Shown one piece after another: positions 9,415 to 20,224 of a DNA stretch of 64,000 bases (position 1 is the first letter of the stretch; every line of letters begins with the position of its first letter). Source of the stretch: an uncultured virus (IMG/VR IMGVR_UViG_3300008267_000038) (taxonomy: Duplodnaviria; Heunggongvirae; Uroviricota; Caudoviricetes); IMG/VR virus record IMGVR_UViG_3300008267_000038, positions 1-64,000 of that record; one strand, written 5' to 3'. The notes beneath the pieces are model-generated. The model was not told where the DNA came from and made no database searches. It saw nothing but the letters and a program-made list of their open reading frames with translations. A program made the translations under genes and the position numbers.

Positions 9415-11604
9415 CTACCAAGTGTAGATGACGACAAGACCACCGCCGCCTTTACCGCCAGCCCCCGAGGTGTACCCGTTGCGGGCCGCCCCACCGCCGC
9501 CGCCACCACCACCGCCGAGGCCACCAATCCCACCGGCACCGCCGTTTGCCGTGTAGCGACCTGCCCCACCACCAGCGCCACCTCCCGCAGGATAGAGAGG
9601 GTTACCCGTGAAGGTTGCAGCGGTTCCGGCCGACCCGTTGGGAGAGGCTTGGGAACCGCCCGCACCACTATTACCACCGCCCATGAACGGAGCGCCTTGG
9701 CTGCCTCCCGTACCGTACCCGAGGGTTGTGGCGGCGTCGATGCTACCACCGTTCCCACCTGCACCCGCACCAGCGTTTGACAATGAGGGGACGTAGGTAA
9801 AGCCAGAAGTCACCACAGAACCAGAAACAGCGATGTTGGATGCCCCCTTGTAAAGGGCATCGCCACCGCCCACCGTCGCCGTAGGTGTGGCAGAGGCCCC
9901 GGTCCCGCCGTAAGCAATCACTCGATTGGTAAGGGTGACCCCAAACGTCACCGAAGAAGCAGCACCGTTGCTCCCAGCGGCGCTTATCGGTCCCGTAACC
10001 CCAGACCCACCATTTCCCCCACCCGAGACAGCAACGCTGCCGGTGCTGGGGAGGTTACTAGCCAGCAGGGTGGTGTCTGTGATACCGCCCCCACTACCTC
10101 CCCCGCCGCCGTAACGAAAAGCCGTCGAGTCACCGCATTGGCCGGAAGCCCCGCCACCCCCGCTTCCCACCGCGATGATTCGCACGAACGTCGCATTAGC
10201 AGGTTTCGCCCAAGTGTAGGTACCAGCCGTCGAGTAAGCAAACATCTGCACGGGCGTCGTCTGGGGAGACAAGTTCATCTGCACCCAATAGTTGCCGTCG
10301 TACATGAACTCGACAATCTCACGGGTGGCTATGGTGACATTGTTGAAAGGCAACGACAACTTCGACCCGACCAGCGGCCCACCGAGAGCGGCATCCTTCT
10401 GCAAAGTGACGGCTTCACCGATGTTCTGGAGGCGAATACAAGTGCCGACCACGACGGGGACGGTGGTGAACGCGGTAGCCTTCATCGTCGTCTTGATGGT
10501 CGGTGTCGCACCAAGCGTCATCGAGAGCAGCGGATTGACTTGAAGGAACGGTTTGGGGGAGGCGTTGGGACCGCCCGCCGTGTTCGAGATTTCGATGGGT
10601 ACAGACGTGGAAGCCAGAACTTGCGTCGTCTGCGGGGGGTACACCAACAACCCGTCCAGGTTGATGTTGAACCCGTTTAGGTTCACAGGGCCAACAAGTC
10701 CCGCGCCCTCACCACCCCTGATAGTAACAGCCGTGCTAGTAGGGAAGGTGGAGAAGCTCGGCTGGATCAGTAGGTCGCCGTTATACGCTCGGCTGGTACC
10801 CTGCTGGACCAGCCACCCGTTCGCAATCAGCGGGGAGGACTCGTCGCCAAGGTAAGTGCAAGTAACCTCCGTGGTAGTCACTTGGCCGAACAAACCGGCC
10901 GTAGGACGCAGCCACAGGAGGCCACCATCAAACGAGATAGTCACGCTAGGGGCATCCGCTTCTGCCCGAAAAACAAACGTGAATGTCGCACCCTTCTGAA
11001 TGTTCACAGGAAGGATGTTGTAATCGAACGGGTGTGAACTCGAAATGTCCACCACCTGTATGGTGGCATCCACGCCGTACTCAAGGTCGAGGGTGACGAT
11101 TCCGGCAGCCGTGTGATGAAAGTAGGCCACGTCACCCGCGTACCGACCCTCACGCTCCCGCCGCTTTCGGAGGTAGGCGTCCAACAGGTAGTTCGAGTCA
11201 CCCCGCTGACCACCCGCCCATCCAGAAGCCGTAGCCTCTGAGTCGCCAAGGTCACACATCTCGGGCGTCATGCCCGCTGACGGTAAGGACAAACCGTCGG
11301 CATCAGCCACGCCGAAGAACCTGACATCGCGGGTGGTACCTGTCTCGTCGATGCGAGTCAGTTTGACGATGTAGATGCCATCGACAAACGGCCCCTGCGC
11401 GGTCGCCACCTGACTGTTGGAGTCAAGGATCGCTGGGGGGTTTGCCTGCGGGGAGGGCCATGACAGGAACTCCCAATAGGTGGTGACAGACGGTCCACCG
11501 AGGTCAGTCATGACCACGTTGGCGTCGGGGGCTAGTCCAAGAACGGACTTACCCGCTGCTCCGACCGTGCTGTTCTGTGAAAACTGGATGCTCGCAGAGG
11601 CCAT
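9415..11604 (-). CDS. Tail fibre / receptor-binding protein with glycine-rich C-terminal domain
   Basis: Start moved to ATG 11604 (GGAGG RBS; MASASIQFSQ...). The C-terminus GTYTWAKP...VGSGGGG...GKGGGGLVVIYTW is the typical phage Gly-rich fibre domain. Confidence 0.7.
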   Translation of the reverse strand: MASASIQFSQNSTVGAAGKSVLGLAPDANVVMTDLGGPSVTTYWEFLSWPSPQANPPAILDSNSQVATAQGPFVDGIYIVKLTRIDETGTTRDVRFFGVADADGLSLPSAGMTPEMCDLGDSEATASGWAGGQRGDSNYLLDAYLRKRREREGRYAGDVAYFHHTAAGIVTLDLEYGVDATIQVVDISSSHPFDYNILPVNIQKGATFTFVFRAEADAPSVTISFDGGLLWLRPTAGLFGQVTTTEVTCTYLGDESSPLIANGWLVQQGTSRAYNGDLLIQPSFSTFPTSTAVTIRGGEGAGLVGPVNLNGFNINLDGLLVYPPQTTQVLASTSVPIEISNTAGGPNASPKPFLQVNPLLSMTLGATPTIKTTMKATAFTTVPVVVGTCIRLQNIGEAVTLQKDAALGGPLVGSKLSLPFNNVTIATREIVEFMYDGNYWVQMNLSPQTTPVQMFAYSTAGTYTWAKPANATFVRIIAVGSGGGGASGQCGDSTAFRYGGGGGSGGGITDTTLLASNLPSTGSVAVSGGGNGGSGVTGPISAAGSNGAASSVTFGVTLTNRVIAYGGTGASATPTATVGGGDALYKGASNIAVSGSVVTSGFTYVPSLSNAGAGAGGNGGSIDAATTLGYGTGGSQGAPFMGGGNSGAGGSQASPNGSAGTAATFTGNPLYPAGGGAGGGAGRYTANGGAGGIGGLGGGGGGGGGAARNGYTSGAGGKGGGGLVVIYTW

Positions 11605-11639
11605 GAGCCGCCCTCCATGCAGGGGTCGGTATTGAAAGA

Positions 11640-12443
11640 CTAGAAGTGATGAATCTCTGCGGTGACGTGAGCGTTGGCCTTCGTACCAAGCCGATCCTTG
11701 TCGCGGAGGCCACCCCAATAGGAGCGGAAGTCATCGTAGTAGTAGTTGGACATCGCCCATCGCATCGCATCCCCGATCACACCGTCCGTGGGGATGATCT
11801 TGTCTTGGAAGATGTAGCGGATGCGGTACAGGGTGTGGGCAGGTCGCACGATGTCGATGATCTGCCGGATGGTCTTGTCGGCCTCGAAGGTGTTGGATGG
11901 GAACCCACCGCCAAGCGGGATCACGACGTCCACATCGAACCCAAACTGGTCCGAGATGTCGAGGCCGCTACCCCCCTGTCGAACGATCAGGTAGTTCTCG
12001 GTCACCTTGATGGTGCCCTGCATGAACAGGCCGACCACCTCGGCCAAGGACGTAGGGATGCTGCCTTGGAAGTAGATTCGGATGAGGTTGAGCAGGACGT
12101 TGCGGAAACCCTCGTCCGAGAACTCCAGTTCGGGCAGACGCCCGTTCAAGAACACGAAGTACCCGACGGTGGTGTAGAGGAACTCGCTTCGTGTGGTGTC
12201 AAAGGCGAAGTCGCTGGAGATGTCCTCCAGAGCCAGTTCCATCCTCGCCAACTCGACCGCAACAGCCTTGAGTTCGACCGTGTAGTTGGGTCCCTCGACG
12301 GTTGAGGTGTAGTTCGAGGGCAGCAGGGCCAACAACTGGCTAAAGATGCCCTGCGCCCGGCGCACCAAACGTAGGTTGTACTCCTGACCTGTCTGCGAGA
12401 CGGTCAGGTTTTTTCGCCAGCTTTCGCTTACAAAACGAGGCAT
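11640..12443 (-). CDS. Baseplate wedge subunit (gpI/YmfQ-like)
   Basis: Follows baseplate J. Has LLALLP at the N-terminus, IYFQGS and the hallmark IVRPAHT. Confidence 0.7.
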   Translation of the reverse strand: MPRFVSESWRKNLTVSQTGQEYNLRLVRRAQGIFSQLLALLPSNYTSTVEGPNYTVELKAVAVELARMELALEDISSDFAFDTTRSEFLYTTVGYFVFLNGRLPELEFSDEGFRNVLLNLIRIYFQGSIPTSLAEVVGLFMQGTIKVTENYLIVRQGGSGLDISDQFGFDVDVVIPLGGGFPSNTFEADKTIRQIIDIVRPAHTLYRIRYIFQDKIIPTDGVIGDAMRWAMSNYYYDDFRSYWGGLRDKDRLGTKANAHVTAEIHHF

Positions 12444-12446
12444 TGG

Positions 12447-15400
12447 CTATCCCGCCCGATAGGTGACGGTGAAGTTGCCGAGATCGAGGTACTCGACCTC
12501 GGACCCGTAAACGTCGTGCGGCCCCTTGTCGCCTCGCACACGGTAGGAAACGCTGTAGGAGTGGTTGGCCGGAACATCGGGCACCACACCGGCCCCCGAG
12601 ATCGACACCAAGACCTTGTTGGCGACCGTCGCCGCTGTCGTGACGTCGGTGAAGCCAGGCAGCACCGCGCCAGAGTTTCCAATGATGTAGGCTTGGTTCG
12701 GCTGACTCCCCACCAAGAGCAGGTTGTCCACCAGCGTGAGAGCGATGTCGTCTTGAAAGACCCCTCGGTGTTCCGTCGCTAGACCACCCCCATCCGTCGT
12801 GGGGTAGTTGAGGGCGTCGTTCAACAGATAGACCCGCTGACCACCGGCATCGAGGCCCGCTATGTAGGTGCTGCTCGACAACACCTGCTCGCGGAGGATG
12901 AGAGCGCCGTCCGCATACGCCATACGGGCCAGAGGTACCACCTCGTAGTCAACGCCGCTTGTCCCGTCGATGGCCTTGATGACGTCCGACTGAGCGACAC
13001 CCTGCCCGATCACACGGCTGTTGAGTTCCACGCTCAGGTTGGCACGAACCAAGGGGTCCACCTTGTCCTTGGCGGCACCCGACTTCAACTGAACAGTTGT
13101 CTCGATTTCTACCGAGTTGACGATGGCCTGCTTGGCAAGGACGTCGGCCGTCGCATGGCGGCGGTTGTTCAACACCGTCTGGAACTGCTGGAGCAGGTCA
13201 TTCACCACATAGGTGACGGTGAAGTTCTCGTCCTTGGTGTAGTCCACGACGACAGGCTGGCCCGTCAGGATGGTGGAGGCCGAGGTACGGACAATGTTGA
13301 TGGGAGTACGGTCGGTCCCGCCCACGATCTCGAAGTCCACCCCCACCGTGTACTCGATGGAGCGATCCGAGTTGAACACGCGGACTGTGTTGGTGTTGAT
13401 GCCGATGCTATCCAGAGGCTCCTGCACGAACCCGATGAGGACGTGCGCCTCGTCGTTCACGAGAATCTGAGAGCCTGCGGGCTTACCGTTCGCTTGAACG
13501 ACCGAGAGGTAGTCCTTGGCCGCCGTACTCTCGCCTTGCAGGAGGGGGTCCTCCAGCCGGTACAGGTTGAAGTTGACGGACGCATCTAGGGCACCCGAGG
13601 ACTCACCGACCACCGATGTCACTCGACGGACGGGCTGTAGGCTGGGAATGAACTGGTTTTCCGAACGGAACCGATAATCCGCGTACACCACGTCATCGAG
13701 CGTCGTGACGGGCTGCGCGATGGAGGTGTTGAGCCGGAAGGTCTGGAAGTCGATGACCTGCACACCCGAGAGGTCATAGTCGGCACCAAGGGTGGCGTTC
13801 CGCACCCCGTATCCTTGGGTGGGGTCATTGAGCATCTCGATGATGGGCGTCGTGGCCGTCACACGAGAGTCCAGAACTCGGAACGTCAGGGTTGTCAGGT
13901 CCACGAGGCTGCATTGGATGTTCTGGGCGAGGTTGAACGAGAACGAGAACTTCTCCGTGACCTGCCGCTCTCGGAGGCCCTGGACCCAGACATCGACCTT
14001 GCCGCCGATGTGCTTCTTGCGAACTTCGTCCCAATCCCGCATCATCAGGCGGTCGCCCGACTTCACAACCTTTGACTTGATGATGCCGACCTGCTCGGCC
14101 GCCGTCTGGTAGTAGCCGTTTTCCGTGCCCGTATCGACGGAGACAAACGCCAACATACAGCGGGTGGCAAGGTCATAGTTCGATTCAACGTCGGTCCCGC
14201 CCACCAGTGACTCGACGTTCGTGACGGATAGTCCCGAGACGCCGCTGTTGCCAGTGATGGAGCCAGGCGGCACGTTCCCATCGGCTCCGGGGTTGAGGGC
14301 GGCGACGTCCGCAACCACCTCGTACCGCTTGGTTGTGTAGTTGTAGAAGGCTTCCGCGTTTGCAGCGGGTAGGATGTAGGAGCCGCCCACGCGGAACGAG
14401 GTGGCTACCCCGGCAGCTTTCAACTCGACGCCCGCTGGGATGATGATGTCGATGGAGGGTTTAGAGGTGGTGTAGAACACCACCTGCCCCACCGCAGACC
14501 GACCGCCCAGACGTGCCTTGTTGACGTTCCGCGCCAGCTTGTCGAACTGGAGGTCGATCAGGTTTTGAACCGCCCTGTCCGAAGTGTACCCAAGTGCCGA
14601 TCTCAGGGCGTACTTGTAGGGGCTGGTCAACACCGCGTCACTTGTCTCGCCCCCCAGCGCGTTGTCCATCTGCATGAGGGTCAAGAAACTCTGGCTGCGG
14701 TGAACGAAGTCCATCAGAAACCAGAGACGCTCGGCCTCCGAGGCGAACGGGTCAATGCTGACATCGCGGGTGGTCGAGCCAGGGATGAGGCTGATCTCGT
14801 TGTTGACCCTCCCAACGTAGTTGATGTAGTCGGTGACGATGGCCGTCTGGGTTCGGTTGGGTAGGTCGATGACGCCCGTATCAACCAGCAGGGGAGCGCC
14901 CAGCACCTCTTGGGAAAAGGGCGACTCGAACTCCGTGTTGGTGGACTTGTCGAAGTAGACGGTGGTGACGACGTAGTAGAGGGGGTCTGTGTCGGGCACG
15001 CCGTTCCACTGGTCGGCGTTGATGATCCCTAGACCGCCGCCCCGATAGTGCGTGAACTTCGTATAGGTGACGAGGTTGTACGCCTCGACGGTGCCCTTGA
15101 AGCGGACGTCGGCATAGCTGCGGGACAGGTCGATGGTCTGATTGAGCGGAACCGCAAGTTCGTTCCCAAACTCATCCATTTCCGTGAGCCGGATATTCAG
15201 CAGATAATGATTGCTGTCGGACCACGACGTTGCGACGGGAAAGGTATCGGTAACGAAGTCCTCATAGACGTCTCCCGTCATGGGGAGTGGGGCTTCATTG
15301 ACCTTGTAGTACCCCGTCTTGCCAGCGGGGGTCTTGGACGCATAGACGTTGTAGCCGATAAACACCTTCTGGTAGAGAATCTCGATCCCTCGGGACACCA

Positions 15401-15803
15401 GCAGATCGACCCCGCCTCGACGCCGTGCGACCTTCAATCCTGTGGGGATCGTCGTGGCAGCGTTGAAGGCGTCCGAGGTATCTACCTGGGTGATGGTCGC
15501 CGTCGAGGTTCCCGACACCCCGCCGATGATGTCGATGGCCCGAAAGGCTACCGTGTTGATGCCTGGGCTAAGGATAAACCCCGAGGAGTACGCGGCAGGG
15601 TTGGGGAACGAGAAGGTGTTGAGTTCGATCTTGAGCAGGTTGGGGTCGGTTACGAACGCCCCACCGTTCACCGACACCTGTAGGGCGACGGTATCCGTCG
15701 TGACGGTACCCCTGATGACAACGGCCTCTTGGTTGGTGGTGAAGTTGAGGGCCGTCGTGTAGCCGGAACCGTCTCGTGCTTCTAGCTGGGGCGCGGTAGC
15801 CAT
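12447..15803 (-). CDS. Baseplate J-like wedge protein (extended)
   Basis: 1118 aa. PGSTTRD, AVGQVVF, IPAG, PGADGNVPPGSIT, GGTDVESNYDL..R and GKVDVWV are Baseplate_J motifs. Confidence 0.85.
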   Translation of the reverse strand: MATAPQLEARDGSGYTTALNFTTNQEAVVIRGTVTTDTVALQVSVNGGAFVTDPNLLKIELNTFSFPNPAAYSSGFILSPGINTVAFRAIDIIGGVSGTSTATITQVDTSDAFNAATTIPTGLKVARRRGGVDLLVSRGIEILYQKVFIGYNVYASKTPAGKTGYYKVNEAPLPMTGDVYEDFVTDTFPVATSWSDSNHYLLNIRLTEMDEFGNELAVPLNQTIDLSRSYADVRFKGTVEAYNLVTYTKFTHYRGGGLGIINADQWNGVPDTDPLYYVVTTVYFDKSTNTEFESPFSQEVLGAPLLVDTGVIDLPNRTQTAIVTDYINYVGRVNNEISLIPGSTTRDVSIDPFASEAERLWFLMDFVHRSQSFLTLMQMDNALGGETSDAVLTSPYKYALRSALGYTSDRAVQNLIDLQFDKLARNVNKARLGGRSAVGQVVFYTTSKPSIDIIIPAGVELKAAGVATSFRVGGSYILPAANAEAFYNYTTKRYEVVADVAALNPGADGNVPPGSITGNSGVSGLSVTNVESLVGGTDVESNYDLATRCMLAFVSVDTGTENGYYQTAAEQVGIIKSKVVKSGDRLMMRDWDEVRKKHIGGKVDVWVQGLRERQVTEKFSFSFNLAQNIQCSLVDLTTLTFRVLDSRVTATTPIIEMLNDPTQGYGVRNATLGADYDLSGVQVIDFQTFRLNTSIAQPVTTLDDVVYADYRFRSENQFIPSLQPVRRVTSVVGESSGALDASVNFNLYRLEDPLLQGESTAAKDYLSVVQANGKPAGSQILVNDEAHVLIGFVQEPLDSIGINTNTVRVFNSDRSIEYTVGVDFEIVGGTDRTPINIVRTSASTILTGQPVVVDYTKDENFTVTYVVNDLLQQFQTVLNNRRHATADVLAKQAIVNSVEIETTVQLKSGAAKDKVDPLVRANLSVELNSRVIGQGVAQSDVIKAIDGTSGVDYEVVPLARMAYADGALILREQVLSSSTYIAGLDAGGQRVYLLNDALNYPTTDGGGLATEHRGVFQDDIALTLVDNLLLVGSQPNQAYIIGNSGAVLPGFTDVTTAATVANKVLVSISGAGVVPDVPANHSYSVSYRVRGDKGPHDVYGSEVEYLDLGNFTVTYRAG

Positions 15804-15806
15804 CGT

Positions 15807-16946
15807 TTATCCTGTGAGGACGTAGTTCCGAAGGGACTGTCGGAGTATCCCCTGCTGTTGTGTGGAGCCAAGTAAATCCTGCGGCTCTGGGATGCGGATG
15901 CCTCGGTCGATCACGATGTTCCTGCCCGAACGGTTCTGTACGGTGATGTTTACGAAAAAAACCGTAGGGTCGGTGTTGCTCTGGGAGACGTCCACCCCAA
16001 GGAGGCGATACGGGTACTCCTCGTCGGAGACTTCCTGCCCCACCGCTACCTCCTGCTGGCGCTTGATGGACTGCCAACGTCCAAACGCTCGGTAGATGTC
16101 GGAGACGATGAGGTTCTGGATGATGCCGCTGGCACCGATCTTCTGACCGATCTGGTCGATGAGTCTTGTACCGTACCAGGTGTGGAAGGGGTTGGACCCT
16201 TCCTCAGTGTAGATGAGTTTCAAACACTCTTGGATGAGGAGGGCTTCATCCCTCACCTCCACGGTCCCGCCCGTCCGTGTGTACCGCCAATCGTTCTCCA
16301 CCCCCGTCCCCGCACATCGGCGGCATTGTTGCTGGAAGGTTGTGTAGGACAGTTGGAAGAAGTCTTTGCCCCCTCGAAGGGGGCGATCAAAGATGATGAA
16401 GCGATAGGGCAGCCCTTCAACGGTGCTTTCGTCGTTCACCAAGGCCCACGGCGGCAGCAGGTCCTTGCCCCTGTAGTCCACGTTGGCGGCGATCCCAAGG
16501 GTGGCAGCGACCGTGCTGGTGGTAGGCACGAACAGGCTGGCCGATGCCCCCTTGTGGATGCTCTCGCAAGAGAGCCGCCCATTCATGTTCGAGAACATGG
16601 CTCCGATACGGGCCTCGTTCAAGATGCGAACGAGGTTGTCCGTGGTCATGCTGGAGTTGGCTGGAAGGGTAACCTCTCGAAGGGCCGTCTGGTTGAGCCG
16701 CACCCTAAACAGGTCATTGACCCCCGTTTGGATGCGGAAGGGACCAGCACGAGTTCCCGTCATGGTGGGTGGGGTCTGCACGCCCGTTGAGGGCACCTCG
16801 ATCTCACCGTTCAACACCACTTTGACTTGATTGCCCGCAGCGATGCTGGCGGCTGGCGCGAGGGTCTGGTAATCGTCCGAGAGGTAAATGGCCTCGTTGA
16901 CGATCCCATGCTGGCAAACCTGGTCGATCTGGCGGTCATAACTCAT
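15807..16946 (-). CDS. gp25/GPW-like baseplate (sheath initiator) protein with N-terminal extension
   Basis: The C-terminal L.Q...K...TEEGSNPFH.WYGT.L...IG is the gp25-like motif. CxxC (CRRC) present. Lies directly upstream of baseplate J. Confidence 0.7.
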   Translation of the reverse strand: MSYDRQIDQVCQHGIVNEAIYLSDDYQTLAPAASIAAGNQVKVVLNGEIEVPSTGVQTPPTMTGTRAGPFRIQTGVNDLFRVRLNQTALREVTLPANSSMTTDNLVRILNEARIGAMFSNMNGRLSCESIHKGASASLFVPTTSTVAATLGIAANVDYRGKDLLPPWALVNDESTVEGLPYRFIIFDRPLRGGKDFFQLSYTTFQQQCRRCAGTGVENDWRYTRTGGTVEVRDEALLIQECLKLIYTEEGSNPFHTWYGTRLIDQIGQKIGASGIIQNLIVSDIYRAFGRWQSIKRQQEVAVGQEVSDEEYPYRLLGVDVSQSNTDPTVFFVNITVQNRSGRNIVIDRGIRIPEPQDLLGSTQQQGILRQSLRNYVLTG

Positions 16947-17710
16947 GCCAACCCTTCCTCGTCGCCTGTCACACCGGCAGGGATGAATCCACCGTCGTCG
17001 CGGCCCGCCACACCCGGCTCGACCTGCGGGAGCGTCGTGCCCCTCTTGGAATACGGTAGGAAAGGAGCATAAACGGACTTACCGTGGGGGTCCCTGCCCT
17101 TGTCGTCGTAGATGGCAAGGTAGTTGTCGTTGGTCAGCAACTCGCTTATCTTGGTGGCAACCCACTCAAGTGACCCTTCGGTGTCGGCTGGCTGCTGGAT
17201 GGACGCCAGCAACTCCAGTTCGGCGTCCAGTTGGTCCACATAGTCGATGACCCGTCGAATCTTCCGCTCCAGATACTCCCGCCGATAGTGAAGGGCTGGG
17301 TGCATCCACTCACGGGCCGTTCGGATGTACTCCGCAGAGGCGCTGTCTCGCAGACCCTTGCCGCCCACCACCTCCCCGTTCGACATATACTGAGCGGGCG
17401 AGGTGTCGGTACCAGCCACCAAAAAGACGGACTGCGCCCGTGTCCGCACCTGTAGGTCGAACTTGACGTCGCCCCCCAGAGCCTCGTAGGCCGCCACCAG
17501 ACCCCCGATGTACGTCGAGGTCGAACTAGAGGCCGAGTAAGCGGTAGGGACCCCGCCCCCGTCGTAAGTGAAGGTGAGGGACCCTGCCCGCAGCTTCTCG
17601 TAGTTGAGGTGTGCGACTCGACCCGAGATGTCGGCAAACTGCGATCTGGCGAACGTCATGAAGCGGTCGAACTGGCTCTTGTTGAACGTGCCGAGAAAGT
17701 CAAAAGCCAT
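16943..17710 (-). CDS. Hypothetical baseplate-region protein
   Basis: 255 aa with GGAGG RBS and ATGA overlap with the next gene. Confidence 0.55.
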   Translation of the reverse strand: MAFDFLGTFNKSQFDRFMTFARSQFADISGRVAHLNYEKLRAGSLTFTYDGGGVPTAYSASSSTSTYIGGLVAAYEALGGDVKFDLQVRTRAQSVFLVAGTDTSPAQYMSNGEVVGGKGLRDSASAEYIRTAREWMHPALHYRREYLERKIRRVIDYVDQLDAELELLASIQQPADTEGSLEWVATKISELLTNDNYLAIYDDKGRDPHGKSVYAPFLPYSKRGTTLPQVEPGVAGRDDGGFIPAGVTGDEEGLA

Positions 17711-17719
17711 CGCAGCCTC

Positions 17720-19999
17720 CTAGCCACCAAAGATCATCTTGAAAGCCGTCGCAAAGCCCGCAACGTCGGGTGCCGCATAGGCAAAGCAGGCACCACACGT
17801 CATCCCGTCGGCCGCGTTGCTCTTGGGCTTCTGTCCCTGCGCGTTGTCAACCGCGCTGTACCACTCGTCCACACCACCTGTGATGTTGGCCGCCGCCAAC
17901 AGGTAGAATCCGAACGAGAGGGACTCGATCCAATCTATGATCTCAATGATGAACTGTATCCATTTCTCAAGAACGTCGATCTTTGCGTTCACCGTGTCGA
18001 TGAAGTCCTTGACGTCTTGAATGATGCCTTTGTAGGCGTCCACCAACGCCTGAGCCTTGTCGGCCAAGTCATAGAGCATCTTGGAGGACCACGGGATCAT
18101 GTCGTCCAAGATGGAGATACGCTGCCAATCTGGGGGCACCCCTTGGTAGGATAGACCCCGAACGAAGTTCACAGCGGCGAGGACGTTCTTGCGAACGTTC
18201 TTGTCGTCATACGCCCACGCAAACGTGACCGCATCATCCCGCTTGGCCGTGGCATTGAAGCCCGTGCCATCGACCTCGGCGCGGGTAAGCCTTTGCACAA
18301 GGGCCAGCGGCGTCGAGAACGACGCCAGATTGTTGGGGGATGTCCTCAACTCAGCCTGTGCGGGGGGACCGAACGGCAAAGGACCCGTCATGAGTTGCTT
18401 GAAACTCTCTGCGAACCCACCACCACCGCCTTCGAGCGCCGCATAGGTGTAGCGGTTCATGAGCCGAGCGGCCTTCACCCGATAGTTGGTGGAGGTCCAC
18501 GGGGCCATCATGCCCTGCACGCTTATGGCCGCAGGGTTGATGTTCTTGTCGGGCACGGGCGGGTAGCTTTTGAGGTTGTATGCCTGACCACCGAACTGCG
18601 ACATCGTGCCCTTGCCGATGTCGGAAACCTGGTAGCCCGGCAGGGGGTCGCCCTTGTCGTCGAACGCCGGATCGTACAGGATGTTCCCTTGATCGTCGGT
18701 GGCGACCACACCGCCAACCTTCTTCGGCTTGAGTTCAAGGTCGAGGTGGAACCCAAGCGAGAAGGCCGCCAAAAACAGCGACCGAAACGCCTCCATGACG
18801 TCAAACTCGGTTGGGAGGGTGGGGTAGATGGCCTGCTGGATGGGGGTCGGCAACCCCATCACGAGATTGGTGCCCGCGTACTTGTAGTTGTAAATCCCCG
18901 TCGCGGGGTTCCTTTCCACGGTCCCAGCCTTGAGCGTCCCCCAAGACTCGGAGTCTTTGCGGTCAATACCAAGTTCCCCACTGAAAGCCCGCACCCGATA
19001 CCAATATGTCTTGTCTCGTTCTATGCCGTTGTCGGTGAACCGCCACTTCCCCAGCACGTCGAAAAACTTGACCCAAAACCCCGACGTATCCCTCGTCATC
19101 ACGAAAGCGTCCTTGAAGAGGACGACGGGCTGCCCGTACTCGTCGAGAACTGGTGTCTTGGTCTTTATGGGCTGCTGGGTCCGAGGGTCACGCAGCCCTG
19201 TGTCCAGCATGGTGTAAACGATACCAGGCTTATCAAACGTGTCGATCAGGTCCTCGCTAGGGTACTCATCTGTCGATTCGATAAGCCAAGCGGGAGGGGT
19301 GAGAAAGGCTCCTCCCGTCTCAGCCATCAACCCCTCAAGAGCGTTATCGGCAGTCGGCACGGTTTGTCCGAGCGCCCACTCCAACGCAAAGGCTGGTTTC
19401 TCGATCTTGTTAGGGTCCTTAAAGAGTTCAGCCAGCCCGTCCACAATGTCGCCGTTGCGGTTGGATTGGCGCACCTTGAAGTTCACGGGAGCGGGGTAGG
19501 GAGGGATGACCTGACCCTCGTTACCCTTGAACAACTTTTGGAGTACCGTCCACCCCTTCTGGATGCCAGGCCAACCGTTGGAGTCCACGACGACGAGGAC
19601 GAACCCGCTGTTCGTCAAACCCGCCTGCGGCTTGGGTCGGTTGATGTCCTTGGCGTCCTGTAGCGAACCCTTCCACCGCTGGAGGAAGCCGGGCCAACCT
19701 CCACGCAGCCTCTTTAGCTGGGGATCGTTAGTGAAGTCGGGCAGCAGCAGCCACATATAGATGCCCGTCTGCCGCAGCGACTCCAAGATGGAGTTGATGG
19801 CTGCGACGAGGGCATCCACGAGGACTTTGATGGGGTTGCCGAGGTCCACCAAAAACGTCTTGATGGTGTTCAAGACGGCCTTGACGATCTCAAGGTAGTT
19901 CCCCAAGGTTTCGGCCACAGAGCGGGTCTGCTCCAGCAGGTCCTTGCCGGGGATGTAGTTCTCAACCGAGAAACTGAGCCAAGGGGTGGCGGCGGTCAT
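17720..19999 (-). CDS. Putative baseplate-region structural protein
   Basis: 759 aa. Amphipathic helical termini flank a central FN3-like stretch (FTD..I....TYWYRVRAF). Confidence 0.5.
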   Translation of the reverse strand: MTAATPWLSFSVENYIPGKDLLEQTRSVAETLGNYLEIVKAVLNTIKTFLVDLGNPIKVLVDALVAAINSILESLRQTGIYMWLLLPDFTNDPQLKRLRGGWPGFLQRWKGSLQDAKDINRPKPQAGLTNSGFVLVVVDSNGWPGIQKGWTVLQKLFKGNEGQVIPPYPAPVNFKVRQSNRNGDIVDGLAELFKDPNKIEKPAFALEWALGQTVPTADNALEGLMAETGGAFLTPPAWLIESTDEYPSEDLIDTFDKPGIVYTMLDTGLRDPRTQQPIKTKTPVLDEYGQPVVLFKDAFVMTRDTSGFWVKFFDVLGKWRFTDNGIERDKTYWYRVRAFSGELGIDRKDSESWGTLKAGTVERNPATGIYNYKYAGTNLVMGLPTPIQQAIYPTLPTEFDVMEAFRSLFLAAFSLGFHLDLELKPKKVGGVVATDDQGNILYDPAFDDKGDPLPGYQVSDIGKGTMSQFGGQAYNLKSYPPVPDKNINPAAISVQGMMAPWTSTNYRVKAARLMNRYTYAALEGGGGGFAESFKQLMTGPLPFGPPAQAELRTSPNNLASFSTPLALVQRLTRAEVDGTGFNATAKRDDAVTFAWAYDDKNVRKNVLAAVNFVRGLSYQGVPPDWQRISILDDMIPWSSKMLYDLADKAQALVDAYKGIIQDVKDFIDTVNAKIDVLEKWIQFIIEIIDWIESLSFGFYLLAAANITGGVDEWYSAVDNAQGQKPKSNAADGMTCGACFAYAAPDVAGFATAFKMIFGG

Positions 20000-20002
20000 C
20001 GA

Positions 20003-20215
20003 CTAACTCCCGTACTTCAACTTTTCGAGTTTCCGCTGTAGCCGAGCAGCCTCAGATTCAGCGAGCGACTTTGAGACAAGGGCAATATCACGCAGCTTTG
20101 CGAAGATCGGCAACTCCTCACGGTACTGCCATTGTGGCTGCCCAGCGGGTTGTTCCTCCGCAGGGGGTTGTTCCTCCGCAGGGGTGGTCGCTTCATCCTT
20201 GGGGGTGTCCGTCAT
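20003..20215 (-). CDS. Small hypothetical protein
   Basis: 70 aa with GGAG RBS. An 18-bp tandem duplication encodes PAEEQP twice. Confidence 0.55.
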   Translation of the reverse strand: MTDTPKDEATTPAEEQPPAEEQPAGQPQWQYREELPIFAKLRDIALVSKSLAESEAARLQRKLEKLKYGS

Positions 20216-20224
20216 GCGCGTCTC

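Noticed and set aside
1..11604. Diversity-generating retroelement acting on the fibre genes
   Set aside because: No reverse transcriptase and no adenine-mismatched template/variable repeat pair was noticed in the window.
20147..20184. 18-bp tandem repeat
   Set aside because: It is an in-frame low-complexity PAEEQP duplication in a probably disordered N-terminus.
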